A DNA stretch of 64,000 bases from contig CAWBZV010000003.1 of assembly GCA_963793305.1 (NCBI GenBank), positions 128,001 to 192,000 on the forward strand. The letters run 5' to 3'. The first letter of the stretch is position 1. Each line of letters opens with the position of its first letter. This stretch comes from an uncultured Gemmatimonadales bacterium (GTDB lineage Bacteria > Gemmatimonadota > Gemmatimonadetes > Gemmatimonadales > Gemmatimonadaceae). Under the pieces are notes generated by a model. That model was not told the DNA's origin, ran no database searches, and saw only the letters and a program-made list of their open reading frames with translations. Position numbers and translations under genes: made by a program. Shown here in pieces: positions 38,436-48,660 of this stretch.

Positions 38436-41400
38436 ATGTCCCCCCGTCGATGGCTGTGCGCGCTACTCACGCTCGTCGCGTCAATCAGCGCCATAGCCAC
38501 ACTCGCTCCACGAGCGTCTGCTCAACAAGAAGGAGTGATTGGCAAACCCAGGCCATTCATCTGCACGCCGGGGCAACCCGGATGCCACACGTACCCGCCG
38601 TCGGTGACAATCAGCCCGGGCACCAGCTCGTACTTCTCGCCGACGCTCGCGGTGACCGTGACGTTCTGCGACAGCGTCTCCTTCAGCGCCGACACGATCT
38701 ACCTGAACAACGTGAATAAAACGAGCACGTTGACCGAGACGACGCCGTCGGGAACGGGTCAGTGCGCCGTGCAACGCAAGTACACGGGCAACATCACGCT
38801 GGTCGCGGGTTCGAACACGCTCAGAGCGGTCGCCTACAATGACTTCTCGGGGAACCTCACGAGCACCAGTGGCTCAGTGACGTATACGTATACCGTCCCG
38901 ACTTATAGCGTGACCGTCACGCCGACGGTGACCCAGGAGAACGTGTCGCCCGGACAAAACGGGACGCTGACGTTCACCGTGAAGAATACCGGGAACGTGA
39001 CCAATTCATTCACGTTTACGCCGGATTGCTCAGGGGTCGTCGTCGCATCGTGCGGCACGCCATCGCCCGCGTCCGCATCGAATCTCGCATCCGGCGGCAC
39101 GGTCAGCGTCACGGAGCCCTTCACGGTGAGCAACGCCGCCGGTTCATCCGGATCGGTTGGCATCTCGGCGGCCGGGAGCGGCGGCGCGAACGGAGCGGGC
39201 ACCACCACGATCACGACCCTCCCCGCGGCCGGCCTCGACGTCGTCGACGCGAATCCCGGTGCCAGCTTCAATCGCACGAACTGTCTCACCGTGCGTGTCG
39301 CCCCGCGCTCGGCGTTCGAGTGCGGCGATTTGCGCATCACGCACCCAATGGGCTCCATACGCACCTACGGCAAGCTGCGGACGCCGACGCTGATCTACAA
39401 TTGGCGATTCGCGACGCCCGCGCCGAACATTGGCGCGCTGCTGACGATCCCCGCGGGCTCGTCGTCGCTCGACAGCGTCAACGGCACGCTCTACATCTGG
39501 CCGCATAACCAACCATCCATGTCGCAAGTCGCGATGACGGGCTGGTGGTCCGGGGCCGAGTGGAACCACGCGTTGACGCAAGTGACGCGGCGCATTCAGC
39601 TGTCGTGGGGCGGGTACATTTCGGCCAGCGGCTACTACGATTTTGCTTTTGCGACGAAGCGCCACTACGGCACCGTGCTCGCCCAGGACTCCTCAGTCGG
39701 CCATTTCGTATTCGTGAACCGGTGGACGAGCCCGTTCGGCGCCGGCTGGTGGCTCGCCGGCTACGAGTCGATCCAGTTCTACTCCGACGGGATCTCGTGG
39801 ATCGGCGGTGACGGCAGCACGCAATGGTACACACGGCCCGGCAACACCGGGTCCGTCTGGTACCCCCAGACGTATGTGGGCGAGCGCGATTCGATCACGC
39901 AGAACGGCAGCCAGTACGTGCGCTCCGCCGCGCACGGCGCCCAAGTCGTCTTCAACTCGCTCGGCCAGCACGTACAGACGATCGATCGCCTGGGGCACGC
40001 GACCACCTTCGCCGTGCATACGGGTGCCAGCCGCCTCGACACGCTGACCGTGCCGACGCCGACGGGGAAAGTCTCCTACTACTTCTTCTACAGGGGCGAC
40101 GCTGGCGTCGCCGACACGACACTCGTAGAAGTGGAAGCGCCAGCCGGACTGACCATATTCGCCGACACGCTAGAAGCGACCGGCGCGACGAAAAGCTTCT
40201 CGAGCATCGCCGACATTGACGGCTTCCATACGTACTTCTCCTACGATCCGGACGGCGGGGGCCAGACGCGCATCCTGACGCGCATCGACCGGCTGGGCAC
40301 CACGACGTTGTTCAGCTTCGGGATGGGTGGTGAAAATCTCGGATTCACGACCATCCAGATGCAGCAAGGGGCTGGACACGATATCGAGCACACGTTCTCG
40401 ACAGAGAACGGGTTCGGGCAGGCGGCGCCGTGGATCCCCGAGTCGCAAACGCACTCGGCGAACCCCGACTCCGTCTCCGTACAAATCAACGGTCCGCGCT
40501 TCAACGCTATGGATGGCGATTCGACAGACTACACGATCGTCTGGATCGACCGATGGTGGCAGCCGGATTCCATCCAAGACGCGCACAGGAACATGACGCG
40601 CCTGACGCGAGCCAACGCCACCTACCCGGCGGCCGTGACGCGCACGCAGTACCCGGACGGCCGGATCGTCGGCGCCACGTATGACGCACGCGGGAACCCC
40701 GCGAGTGTCACGGATTCGAGCATGCAGGTCGCCGGCGCCTACCCGACGACGACCTACCAGTTCGATGGCCGCTGGGACTTCGACACGCTGACCACCTTAC
40801 CACTCGGCGAGACCATTCATGACAGCCTGGATGCGCTCGGGAATGTCGCCTGGCATCAGCTGGGCATGTCCACCGCGCATCGTACGGTGTTCAACTACGC
40901 GGACCCATGCGGACTGGTGCAGCACGTGACCGAGCCGGGCAGCACGCAACCATGGGCGTACCAGTACGATGGCACTCTCTGCAATCTGTCCATCCGGACC
41001 ACGCCCAACGTCTACTACACCGACATTGCCACCGATGCGCTGGGACGTGTCACGAGCGTTCGGACTGCCATCGACTCCAACGATAAGAACCAGCCTCCGA
41101 ACAATCCCTCGGTGGAATCCCATTACTACGATTTAATGGATCGTGACACGCTGACCACCACGACGGGTCCGGCGGAGGCGACGATCCCGGGATCCACCGC
41201 CCAGACGATCTCGGTCGAACGCAAGTACGACTATGAGGGGAATGTGGTCGCGGTGAACCGGACCGCGAGTCCGGACAGCAATCAGATCGGGACACTCCAC
41301 ACGGCGACCGTCTACGACCGCGCGTACCGGCCCATCGCCGACACGGCCGTGAACGGGGCCGTGACAACGCGAAAGTTCGATCCGGCGGGCAACCTCGATA

Positions 41401-43883
41401 CGCTGATTACGCGACGCGGATTCACGACCGTGAGCGTCTACGACGCGCTCAACCGGCTGGCGAGCAAGATCGTGCAGAGCTACACCGCGGCGAAGGACAG
41501 CATTGGCATTCCGGCCGATGTCGTGGAGGGAGCCGGCTTCGATATGCCGGCTCACCAGGCGACGTCGTACGGCGTGAACGGATACACGCCATACATCTCG
41601 CTCCCGTATGGCGGTCAAACGGTGCACGGCGATACCGTGACGTTCCAATACGATCCCGTCGGGCGGATCATCGAAGCCGACAATGTCAACGCGAAGATCA
41701 CCCGGCAGTATTACCCAAACGGCACCCTGCAGTCAGAGACGCAACGCGTCCGCACGCTGCCGGACTCCGGCGCGGTCGGCAGCTTTACCAAACACGTCTA
41801 CACGATCGGCTATCACTACGATCGCGATGGTCGCCGCGACTCGCTGTACTACCCCACGCAACTCGCCACCGCGAGTCAGAACGGTCCCGTTGGCACCACG
41901 CAATCGTACGCGTACAACGACACAACGGGATGGCTGGCATCGACCACCGACGCGGCGGGGCTGACGGCCACATTCACGTATACGGGGCGAGGCGATCTCG
42001 CGCTGGTCCAATACCCGTTGTGGCAATACCAGCAGGCCCGGAAATATGACAACGACGGGAACATCACGTCGGACACGGTCGACCAGTATGGGTCCTCCCA
42101 CACAGCCTATCGGGCGGCCACGTTCGCCTACGACGGGCGCGATAAGCTGCTGTACAGCGCCAACGCGGTCAATCTCCGGGATACGCTGCGGGCGTACTAC
42201 ACGGGTCTCGGGTACGTCGCGCGTGACACCTCGCGCGATTACCACACGGGGACACTCGCCATCGTTGGCGAAGACTTCCGGTACGACGCGCTCGGCAACC
42301 GGATGGTCGACACGACGTTCAGCAGCTCGGTCGAGCAGCTCGGTTCCGATAGCGGCTACACCATCAAAGCCTGGGATTATCAGGCTGGTACCGGTTGGTT
42401 GACGAGCGCCGGCGACTACGCGAATTCGGCCGTCGAGACGTACCAATACGACCAATCGGGCAATACGACGTTCGACTACGTCAGTGGATATAATCTCGTC
42501 GGGAATGTCACGCCGCAGATCCACGACCGCGCATCGTTTTATGATGCCGAGGAGCGTCTGGTCGAAGCCGACTATCGAACGATCACGGACGCGTACGACC
42601 CGATCTTCTCACTGACGCGGGCGGATGAAGTGTCCCGCTACGACGCGCTCGGCCGCCGCGTCCTGGTGCACGCCAGTCGCACCTGCGGTCCGTACCAGGC
42701 CATCGGCGTGCAACCGTTGTACCGGCCGGACGACTGCCGACGCAGCTTCGTGCGCCGAACCGTGTATGACGGGAACCAGGAGCTCGCGGAGTTCATGGCG
42801 CGCGACTCGATTCCGTTGACTGCGGAAATGGATTCCGGCGTCGTGCGGGACAGCGTCGACCGGAATGGTGGAGAGGCGACGGTTGACAACAACCCGTTTT
42901 TTGGTCAGGTCATATACACCCACGCCCTCGGCGTCGACCAGCCGATCGATGTGATCCGCCTCAACTGGGCGAATCGGACCGACAGCATAGGAAACAGCCT
43001 GGCGTACTACGTCTTTCCACCGCTGGTCTTCGCACCACTCTGGAACGTCCACGGTCGCAACGATTACAACTTGGGCGGATCAGTCGTCAGCGGCGCGATC
43101 TCCACCAACTACTGCTTCACGGTGCAGAGCCAGAATCGGTGTCCCAACTTCCCCATCGAGCCGGGGTTCGCGGCGTACAACAACGTTCCGACCGGCGCCG
43201 CCGTCGAGTGGTTCGGCACGTTGCTCGAAGACAAATTCGACCAAACGCTCACGCAATACCGGCGCGCGCGGGCCTACGATCCGGTGACGGGACGATTCAC
43301 TCAGCCCGATCCCATCGGTCTCGCCGGTGGCATTAACGACTATGGGTTCGCGAGTGGCGATCCGGTCAACTACTCGGACCCGTTTGGGCTGTGCCCGCCC
43401 GCAGACAAGAATTACAGCACGTGTAAACACGGATCCCCGGAGTGGGCGGAGGGGGCAAATCGCACACAGACCAATGTTGCCCACACCTCCGTGAATCCCG
43501 TAGTATTCGTGGGCGTTTCGGCGGCACTAAGTCCGGGCGCCGGTGTTGTCGCCTCGGCCGGGATCTACGCGGATCGATATGGTTCCGGTTTTTATTTCAC
43601 GCTCGGCTTCAGCGTCGGGCTCAACATTGGACTAGGTGGCGAGGTGGGTGGGTCTACGTCGGCGACGGCGATGGGCGGCGATTCGGAGGGAGGATGCGCC
43701 GGTCGTCTCATTTCAGGGTGTGCAACTGAAAACAGCGCCGGTCACACGTACTCAGCCAGCGCGGGTTTGGGCTTCCCATACACAGGCGCTGCGGTGTCGA
43801 CGACCACATTTCTTTCGCCCACGGCGCCGCCGGTCTGCGCGGGCTCGTCCAAGCCACAATGCCAACGGATGCCCGGACCGTGA
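38436..43883 (+). CDS. Rhs/YD-repeat polymorphic toxin with Sec signal peptide and Ig-like N-terminal domains
   Basis: Signal peptide (..LAPRASA/QQ), Thr-rich Ig-like repeats (FTVKNTGN), SPFGAGWWLAG, many YD repeats, core RARAYDPVTGRFTQPDPIGLAGGIN.YGF..GDPVNYSDPFGL, then a ~163-aa variable tip. Confidence 0.93.
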   Translation: MSPRRWLCALLTLVASISAIATLAPRASAQQEGVIGKPRPFICTPGQPGCHTYPPSVTISPGTSSYFSPTLAVTVTFCDSVSFSADTIYLNNVNKTSTLTETTPSGTGQCAVQRKYTGNITLVAGSNTLRAVAYNDFSGNLTSTSGSVTYTYTVPTYSVTVTPTVTQENVSPGQNGTLTFTVKNTGNVTNSFTFTPDCSGVVVASCGTPSPASASNLASGGTVSVTEPFTVSNAAGSSGSVGISAAGSGGANGAGTTTITTLPAAGLDVVDANPGASFNRTNCLTVRVAPRSAFECGDLRITHPMGSIRTYGKLRTPTLIYNWRFATPAPNIGALLTIPAGSSSLDSVNGTLYIWPHNQPSMSQVAMTGWWSGAEWNHALTQVTRRIQLSWGGYISASGYYDFAFATKRHYGTVLAQDSSVGHFVFVNRWTSPFGAGWWLAGYESIQFYSDGISWIGGDGSTQWYTRPGNTGSVWYPQTYVGERDSITQNGSQYVRSAAHGAQVVFNSLGQHVQTIDRLGHATTFAVHTGASRLDTLTVPTPTGKVSYYFFYRGDAGVADTTLVEVEAPAGLTIFADTLEATGATKSFSSIADIDGFHTYFSYDPDGGGQTRILTRIDRLGTTTLFSFGMGGENLGFTTIQMQQGAGHDIEHTFSTENGFGQAAPWIPESQTHSANPDSVSVQINGPRFNAMDGDSTDYTIVWIDRWWQPDSIQDAHRNMTRLTRANATYPAAVTRTQYPDGRIVGATYDARGNPASVTDSSMQVAGAYPTTTYQFDGRWDFDTLTTLPLGETIHDSLDALGNVAWHQLGMSTAHRTVFNYADPCGLVQHVTEPGSTQPWAYQYDGTLCNLSIRTTPNVYYTDIATDALGRVTSVRTAIDSNDKNQPPNNPSVESHYYDLMDRDTLTTTTGPAEATIPGSTAQTISVERKYDYEGNVVAVNRTASPDSNQIGTLHTATVYDRAYRPIADTAVNGAVTTRKFDPAGNLDTLITRRGFTTVSVYDALNRLASKIVQSYTAAKDSIGIPADVVEGAGFDMPAHQATSYGVNGYTPYISLPYGGQTVHGDTVTFQYDPVGRIIEADNVNAKITRQYYPNGTLQSETQRVRTLPDSGAVGSFTKHVYTIGYHYDRDGRRDSLYYPTQLATASQNGPVGTTQSYAYNDTTGWLASTTDAAGLTATFTYTGRGDLALVQYPLWQYQQARKYDNDGNITSDTVDQYGSSHTAYRAATFAYDGRDKLLYSANAVNLRDTLRAYYTGLGYVARDTSRDYHTGTLAIVGEDFRYDALGNRMVDTTFSSSVEQLGSDSGYTIKAWDYQAGTGWLTSAGDYANSAVETYQYDQSGNTTFDYVSGYNLVGNVTPQIHDRASFYDAEERLVEADYRTITDAYDPIFSLTRADEVSRYDALGRRVLVHASRTCGPYQAIGVQPLYRPDDCRRSFVRRTVYDGNQELAEFMARDSIPLTAEMDSGVVRDSVDRNGGEATVDNNPFFGQVIYTHALGVDQPIDVIRLNWANRTDSIGNSLAYYVFPPLVFAPLWNVHGRNDYNLGGSVVSGAISTNYCFTVQSQNRCPNFPIEPGFAAYNNVPTGAAVEWFGTLLEDKFDQTLTQYRRARAYDPVTGRFTQPDPIGLAGGINDYGFASGDPVNYSDPFGLCPPADKNYSTCKHGSPEWAEGANRTQTNVAHTSVNPVVFVGVSAALSPGAGVVASAGIYADRYGSGFYFTLGFSVGLNIGLGGEVGGSTSATAMGGDSEGGCAGRLISGCATENSAGHTYSASAGLGFPYTGAAVSTTTFLSPTAPPVCAGSSKPQCQRMPGP

Positions 43884-44143
43884 CGGCTCGCGTCATCGCA
43901 GGGTGGGCCGTCGTCGGGTTGGCGTTCATGAACTCGATATTCTGGCAGGACCGCCTCGCGGCCTTCCGCAAAGATCGCCGTTGGGAGCGCAGTACGTTCG
44001 GCGAATCATTCGATCTCAATTGGGAGGTGCTCAATCGGTCGAACTATTCTGCCGAAGGCCGGACGACGTACCTCATCTTCGTGATTTCCATAGTCGTATT
44101 CTGGGCAGCGCTCGCCGTCGCGGCATACTGGACGTGGAGGTGA
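43880..44143 (+). CDS. Putative 2-TM immunity protein
   Basis: GTG 43880 overlaps the Rhs TGA; small, with two hydrophobic helices. Confidence 0.6.
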   Translation: MTARVIAGWAVVGLAFMNSIFWQDRLAAFRKDRRWERSTFGESFDLNWEVLNRSNYSAEGRTTYLIFVISIVVFWAALAVAAYWTWR

Positions 44144-45076
44144 TCAGCCCTCGAGCCGCAGGAGCGGCTCGAGGGCTAGCTCGGCAACACGAGCGAGTCC
44201 TGTCGAACCCCGTTCAAAAACGCCGTGACGACGTTCGATGAAATCGTCGGGACACTCGTCGTGCGGCAGATCGCCGGCGGCCTCGATGACGGCCGCGTCG
44301 GTTGAGGGACGCGCGGCGCGGAAGGCGCGCAGGTCGGCGAGGGCGGTGAGGTACGGGTGCGCGCCCCAGATCAGGAGCGTGGGCTGGGAGAGCGTCGGCC
44401 AGATGCGCTTCACGTCGAGCGAGAGCTGCCGCGCGAGGAACGCCGAGGGCGCGCGGTGGGCGCCGGGCTGGTGCGCGCTCCGGTGGAAGTGCTCGATCGT
44501 GTCGTCGCTCGCGCGCGTGGCGTAGGCATAGGACTGCGTGAGATCGCGACGGAGCGCGGCGCGCGAGGTGACGAGGCTATACGCGGCCCTCATCGGCAAT
44601 CGGAGGAGCGCACCCCACCGTCCCGAGTTGCGCGCCGAGCGCGTGTAGCCCGTGGGCTGGATGAGCGCGAGTGCGGCGACGCGCTCGGGGTGTCGCGCCG
44701 CGACAGCCATCGCGTAGGTGGCGCCGAGGGCGTTGCCAATGACGGTGCACGGCGCGGCGACGTTGCGGAGGAAGTCGCTCAGCAGGTCGACGTAGAGGTC
44801 AGGTGAATAGCGCACCGCCGGACGATCGGACCGGCCGAAGCCGAGCAAGTCGATCGTGTACACGGTGTGCCGCGCGGCGAGCGCGTCGACGACGCGCCGC
44901 CACTCATACGCCGATGCGGCGGCATAGATGCCGTGGACGAGGAGGAGCGCCGGGCCGTTGCCCCGGGCCGTGTACGACACCCGGTAGCCGCGCCACGGAT
45001 ACCACCGCTCGGAGCCACCGACCAGGTTCCCGAGCGGGCTCACTCTCCGCCGCAACCACCGAGAAACGACTCCCAT
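44144..45076 (-). CDS. Alpha/beta fold hydrolase
   Basis: LLLVHGI, IDLLGFGRSDRP, IGNALG (Ala at the usual nucleophile position), TLLIWG, LPHDE. An extra base at 44232 probably alters the C-terminus (corrected DDFIDVVTAFL...LPS*). Confidence 0.85.
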   Translation of the reverse strand: MGVVSRWLRRRVSPLGNLVGGSERWYPWRGYRVSYTARGNGPALLLVHGIYAAASAYEWRRVVDALAARHTVYTIDLLGFGRSDRPAVRYSPDLYVDLLSDFLRNVAAPCTVIGNALGATYAMAVAARHPERVAALALIQPTGYTRSARNSGRWGALLRLPMRAAYSLVTSRAALRRDLTQSYAYATRASDDTIEHFHRSAHQPGAHRAPSAFLARQLSLDVKRIWPTLSQPTLLIWGAHPYLTALADLRAFRAARPSTDAAVIEAAGDLPHDECPDDFIERRHGVFERGSTGLARVAELALEPLLRLEG

Positions 45077-45088
45077 ACTCCCCGTACA

Positions 45089-45421
45089 CTACCCGATTCT
45101 TGTCCCGTTCGCGACCGGCTGATCGACGGCCAAGAGCACGACTTCGGTCGGGCTCGGCATCGCGCCGAGCACGAGTACTTCACTGGCGAATCCGGCGATG
45201 CGACGGGGCGGAAAATTCACAACGGCCACGACTTGGCGGCCGACGAGCGTCGCCGGCTCGTAGTGGACGGTGAGCTGGGCGCTCGACCGCCGAACGCCGA
45301 GGTCGGGCCCGAAGTCTATGACCATCTTGATCGATGGCTTGCGCGCCTCCGGAAATGGCGCAGCTTCGAGGACGGTGCCGACCCGAATATCGATTGCTCC
45401 AAATTCTTCGATCGTAGCCAT
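45089..45421 (-). CDS. csaA: tRNA-binding protein / secretion chaperone CsaA
   Basis: DIRVGTV, FPEARKP, IDFG..G.RRSSAQLT..Y, VVNFPPRRIAGFASEVLVLG. Confidence 0.92.
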   Translation of the reverse strand: MATIEEFGAIDIRVGTVLEAAPFPEARKPSIKMVIDFGPDLGVRRSSAQLTVHYEPATLVGRQVVAVVNFPPRRIAGFASEVLVLGAMPSPTEVVLLAVDQPVANGTRIG

Positions 45422-45479
45422 GGGGCAACGTTGGGAGAATCTCGTGCGTACCGAGTCTTAACCTACTCGAAAAGAGCTG

Positions 45480-47087
45480 ATGACAGACCGTCGAGCGTTC
45501 CTCAAGCAGAGTGCCGCACTCGCCGCCCTGACCGCAACTGGCGGCCGGACCTCGCGGGCCGTAGACGCCGCGCTCCGCGTCTTCTACGACCCGCCAGAAG
45601 TGAAGGCCTTGCTCATGACGGCACTGAACGCCGCCAAGACAGCGGGAGCCGGTTACGCCGACGTGCGCGTCGGCCGCTGGCGCACGAATTTCGTGTTCAC
45701 GCGCGAACATCAGATCCTGAACGTCGTCGACAACGACACGATCGGCTGCGGCGTCCGCGTGCTCGTCGACGGCACGTGGGGATTCGCGGCAACGCACGAT
45801 CTCACGCAGGATGGCGTCGCGGCAGCCGCGAAAAAGGCCGTCGCCACGGCGCGTTCTCTTCGGGTCGCGCGCGACCAGCCCGTCGAATTGGCGCCGACGC
45901 CGGCATACACCGATGTCAACTGGACGAACGGATTCGCCACCGACCCCTTCGACATCCCGGTCGAGCAGAAAGTCGACGTCCTGCTCAAGGCGAACGCCGA
46001 GGCGCTCAAAGTCCCGGACGTCAAGTTCGTGAACAGCGGCCTGCAATTCGTGAAGGAAGAACGACACTTCGCGTCGACCGAGGGCTCGGTGATCACGCAG
46101 ACGGTCGTGCGGACCGGTCCGACGATGACCATCACGGCGATCTCGAGCGATCGCACCGACTTCCAAAATCGCGGCAACGTCGCGGCGCCGATGGGCAAGG
46201 GCTGGGAGTACGTCCTCGAGACCGACATGGTCGGCCACGCGCAAAAGTGGGCGGAGGAAGCGGCCGAGAAGCTCAAGGCCAAGCCAGTGGAAGTCGGACG
46301 CTACGACCTCGTGCTGCACCCCTCGACGCTCTGGCTCCCGATCCACGAGTCGATCGGTCATCCGACCGAGCTCGACCGAGCCGACGGCTACGAGGCCGAC
46401 TTCGCCGGCACCAGCTTCGTGTCGCCGCCCGAGAAAGTGCTTGGCCAGCTCAAGTACGGCTCTGATCTCATGAACATTCAGGGCGACCGGTCGCAGCAGG
46501 GCGGCCTGTCGACGATCGGGTACGACGACGAGGGCGTCAAGCCCGACACGTTCATGATCATCAAGAAGGGCGTGTTCTCCGACTACCAAACCACCCGCGA
46601 GCAGGCCAACTGGCTCAAATGGTGGTACGACAAGACCGGTCGCCCGACGCGCTCGCACGGGTGCTCGTACGCGCAGGGGTGGCAGAACGTGCAGTTCCAG
46701 CGCATGCCCAACGTGTCGCTCCTCCCAGGAGAGAAGGACAACACGTGGGAGGATCTCATCGCCGCCACGGACCGCGGCATCGCGATCATGGGCGATGGGT
46801 CGTTCTCTATCGACCAGCAGCGCTACAACGCCCAGTTCAGCGGCCAGGTCTTCTACGAGATCAAGGGCGGGAAGCTCAACGGAATGCTCAAGGATGTCGC
46901 GTACCAATTCCGCACACCGGACTTCTGGAACTCGATGAACATGATCGGCGGCAAACGCAGCTATGAGTTAGGCGGCGCGTTTACGGACGGCAAAGGACAG
47001 CCACCGCAGGCCAACGCGGTGAGTCATGGGTGCGTGCCCGCGCGGTTCGCCCAAGTCAACGTCATCAACACCGGGAGAAAATCGTGA
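45480..47087 (+). CDS. tldD: TldD metalloprotease with Tat-like signal
   Basis: MTDRRAFLK twin-Arg; GVRVLVDGTWGFA, IHESIGHPTELDR (HExxxH), YDDEGV, RMPNVSL, GKGQP, VSHG. Confidence 0.9.
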   Translation: MTDRRAFLKQSAALAALTATGGRTSRAVDAALRVFYDPPEVKALLMTALNAAKTAGAGYADVRVGRWRTNFVFTREHQILNVVDNDTIGCGVRVLVDGTWGFAATHDLTQDGVAAAAKKAVATARSLRVARDQPVELAPTPAYTDVNWTNGFATDPFDIPVEQKVDVLLKANAEALKVPDVKFVNSGLQFVKEERHFASTEGSVITQTVVRTGPTMTITAISSDRTDFQNRGNVAAPMGKGWEYVLETDMVGHAQKWAEEAAEKLKAKPVEVGRYDLVLHPSTLWLPIHESIGHPTELDRADGYEADFAGTSFVSPPEKVLGQLKYGSDLMNIQGDRSQQGGLSTIGYDDEGVKPDTFMIIKKGVFSDYQTTREQANWLKWWYDKTGRPTRSHGCSYAQGWQNVQFQRMPNVSLLPGEKDNTWEDLIAATDRGIAIMGDGSFSIDQQRYNAQFSGQVFYEIKGGKLNGMLKDVAYQFRTPDFWNSMNMIGGKRSYELGGAFTDGKGQPPQANAVSHGCVPARFAQVNVINTGRKS

Positions 47088-47147
47088 GCGACGCCGCTCC
47101 GCGGCGCGTCGAGCATCGCTCCGCGCTGCACGACTGGTCGGTTCTCC

Positions 47148-47187
47148 TCCGGGGGGCAAACCCCAAGAGCGCCCCCCGGACCCCCCC
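47148..47187. repeat. GC-rich REP-like inverted repeat between tldD and pmbA
   Basis: TCCGGGGGGC (47148-47157) pairs perfectly with GCCCCCCGGA (47171-47180), followed by a C run. Confidence 0.6.
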
Positions 47188-47199
47188 ATCTAGGTAATT

Positions 47200-48576
47200 A
47201 TGAGCGACTCTTTTGCGGTCCTCTCGCGCGATGAGATGCAGTCGATCGTCGACAAGACGATCGCGGCGTCCAAAGCGGACTCGATCAGCGTCGTCGTCAC
47301 GTCGAGCGTCACCGGCAACACCCGCTTCGCGGCGAACCAGCTCTCGACCTCCGGCGAGATCAGCGACACGACGGTCGCGATCGAAAGCCACTTCGGCCCC
47401 AAGCACGCCGTCGTGACGACGAATGATCTCACGAACGAAGGCCTCACCGCCGCCGTCTCCAAGTCCGAGGTCATCGCCAAGCTCGCGCCCGACGATCCGG
47501 AGAACATGCCGTCGCTCGGCACGCAGCAGTACACGCCGGTGGGCGCCTACTTCGATGACACGTCGGCCTTGACCGCGGGCGACCGCGCGAAAGCCGCGCT
47601 GACGGCGCTGGAGATGACCCGCAAGGAGAAGGGCATCACGTCCGCGGGATTCATTAACACCGGATCCCACGCTCGTCTCCACGGCAACAAGTCAGGTCTC
47701 GCGGCGTATCACCGCAACACGACCGCGAACTACACGTTGACCGTGCGGACCACTGACGGCACGGGATCGGGTTGGGCTGGTGGCGACAACGATGACTGGA
47801 GCAAGATCGATTTTGCGGCGATCGCTACGCGCGCGGCCGAGAAAGCACGCGCGAGCCGGAACCCGGTCGCCATCGAGCCTGGTCGCTACACCGTTATCCT
47901 GGAGCCCCAAGCCGTCGGCGATCTCGTCCAGCTGACCGCGTTTGGACTCCAAGCGCGGACCGCGGACGAAGGCCGGAGTCCGTTCGCCAAGGCAGGCGGC
48001 GGGAACAAAGTCGGCGACAAGGTGGCCCACGAGAGCGTCACGTTGTTCTCGGATCCCACGGACTCGCAGCTGCTCTCCCAGCCGTTCGACAACGACGGCT
48101 ACCCACTCAGCCGTCAGGTATGGATCGAGAACGGCGTCCTCAAGCAGCTCGCCTACACCCGATTCTGGGCGCAGAAACAAGGGAAGCCGTTCAACGGGAA
48201 TCCGTTCGGTGGAGGCGGGTTCGGGGGTAATGCGCCCCTGAAACTGACCGGCGGAACGACCTCGCTCGAGGACATGATCAAAGGCACCGATCGCGGCGTG
48301 CTCGTCACCCGATTCTGGTATCTGCGAATGGTTGATCCCAGAGTCTTGTTGATCACGGGGCTGACCCGCGACGGGACATTCTTGATCGAGCAGGGCAAGA
48401 TCTCAAAGGCAGTCAAGAACTTCCGGTTCAACGACTCGCCGCTGTTCCTCATGGCCAACGCCGACGCCATTGGCCCCGCGGTTCGGCTCGCTGGGACCGA
48501 GATCGGCGGCGACATCGTCATGCCGCCGGTTAAGGCGCATGATTTCAACTTTACTTCGCTATCGGACGCAGTCTAA
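47200..48576 (+). CDS. pmbA: TldE/PmbA family partner subunit
   Basis: NTRFAAN, IEPGRYTVILEPQAV, PFDNDG, WIENGVL, GVLVTRFWY, TGLTRDG, NFRFN. No HExxH. Confidence 0.85.
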   Translation: MSDSFAVLSRDEMQSIVDKTIAASKADSISVVVTSSVTGNTRFAANQLSTSGEISDTTVAIESHFGPKHAVVTTNDLTNEGLTAAVSKSEVIAKLAPDDPENMPSLGTQQYTPVGAYFDDTSALTAGDRAKAALTALEMTRKEKGITSAGFINTGSHARLHGNKSGLAAYHRNTTANYTLTVRTTDGTGSGWAGGDNDDWSKIDFAAIATRAAEKARASRNPVAIEPGRYTVILEPQAVGDLVQLTAFGLQARTADEGRSPFAKAGGGNKVGDKVAHESVTLFSDPTDSQLLSQPFDNDGYPLSRQVWIENGVLKQLAYTRFWAQKQGKPFNGNPFGGGGFGGNAPLKLTGGTTSLEDMIKGTDRGVLVTRFWYLRMVDPRVLLITGLTRDGTFLIEQGKISKAVKNFRFNDSPLFLMANADAIGPAVRLAGTEIGGDIVMPPVKAHDFNFTSLSDAV

Positions 48577-48599
48577 ATCCTATCCGAATGGGCAATAGC

Positions 48600-48642
48600 A
48601 GGCGCCGGGGGAACTGCGTACCGTTTCCGGCGCCTTCTCTTA
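48600..48642 (+). terminator. Possible intrinsic terminator after pmbA
   Basis: AGGCGCCGG...CCGGCGCCT stem followed by TCTCTTAT (weak U tract). Confidence 0.4.
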
Positions 48643-48660
48643 TACGGTTAGGTTTAAACT

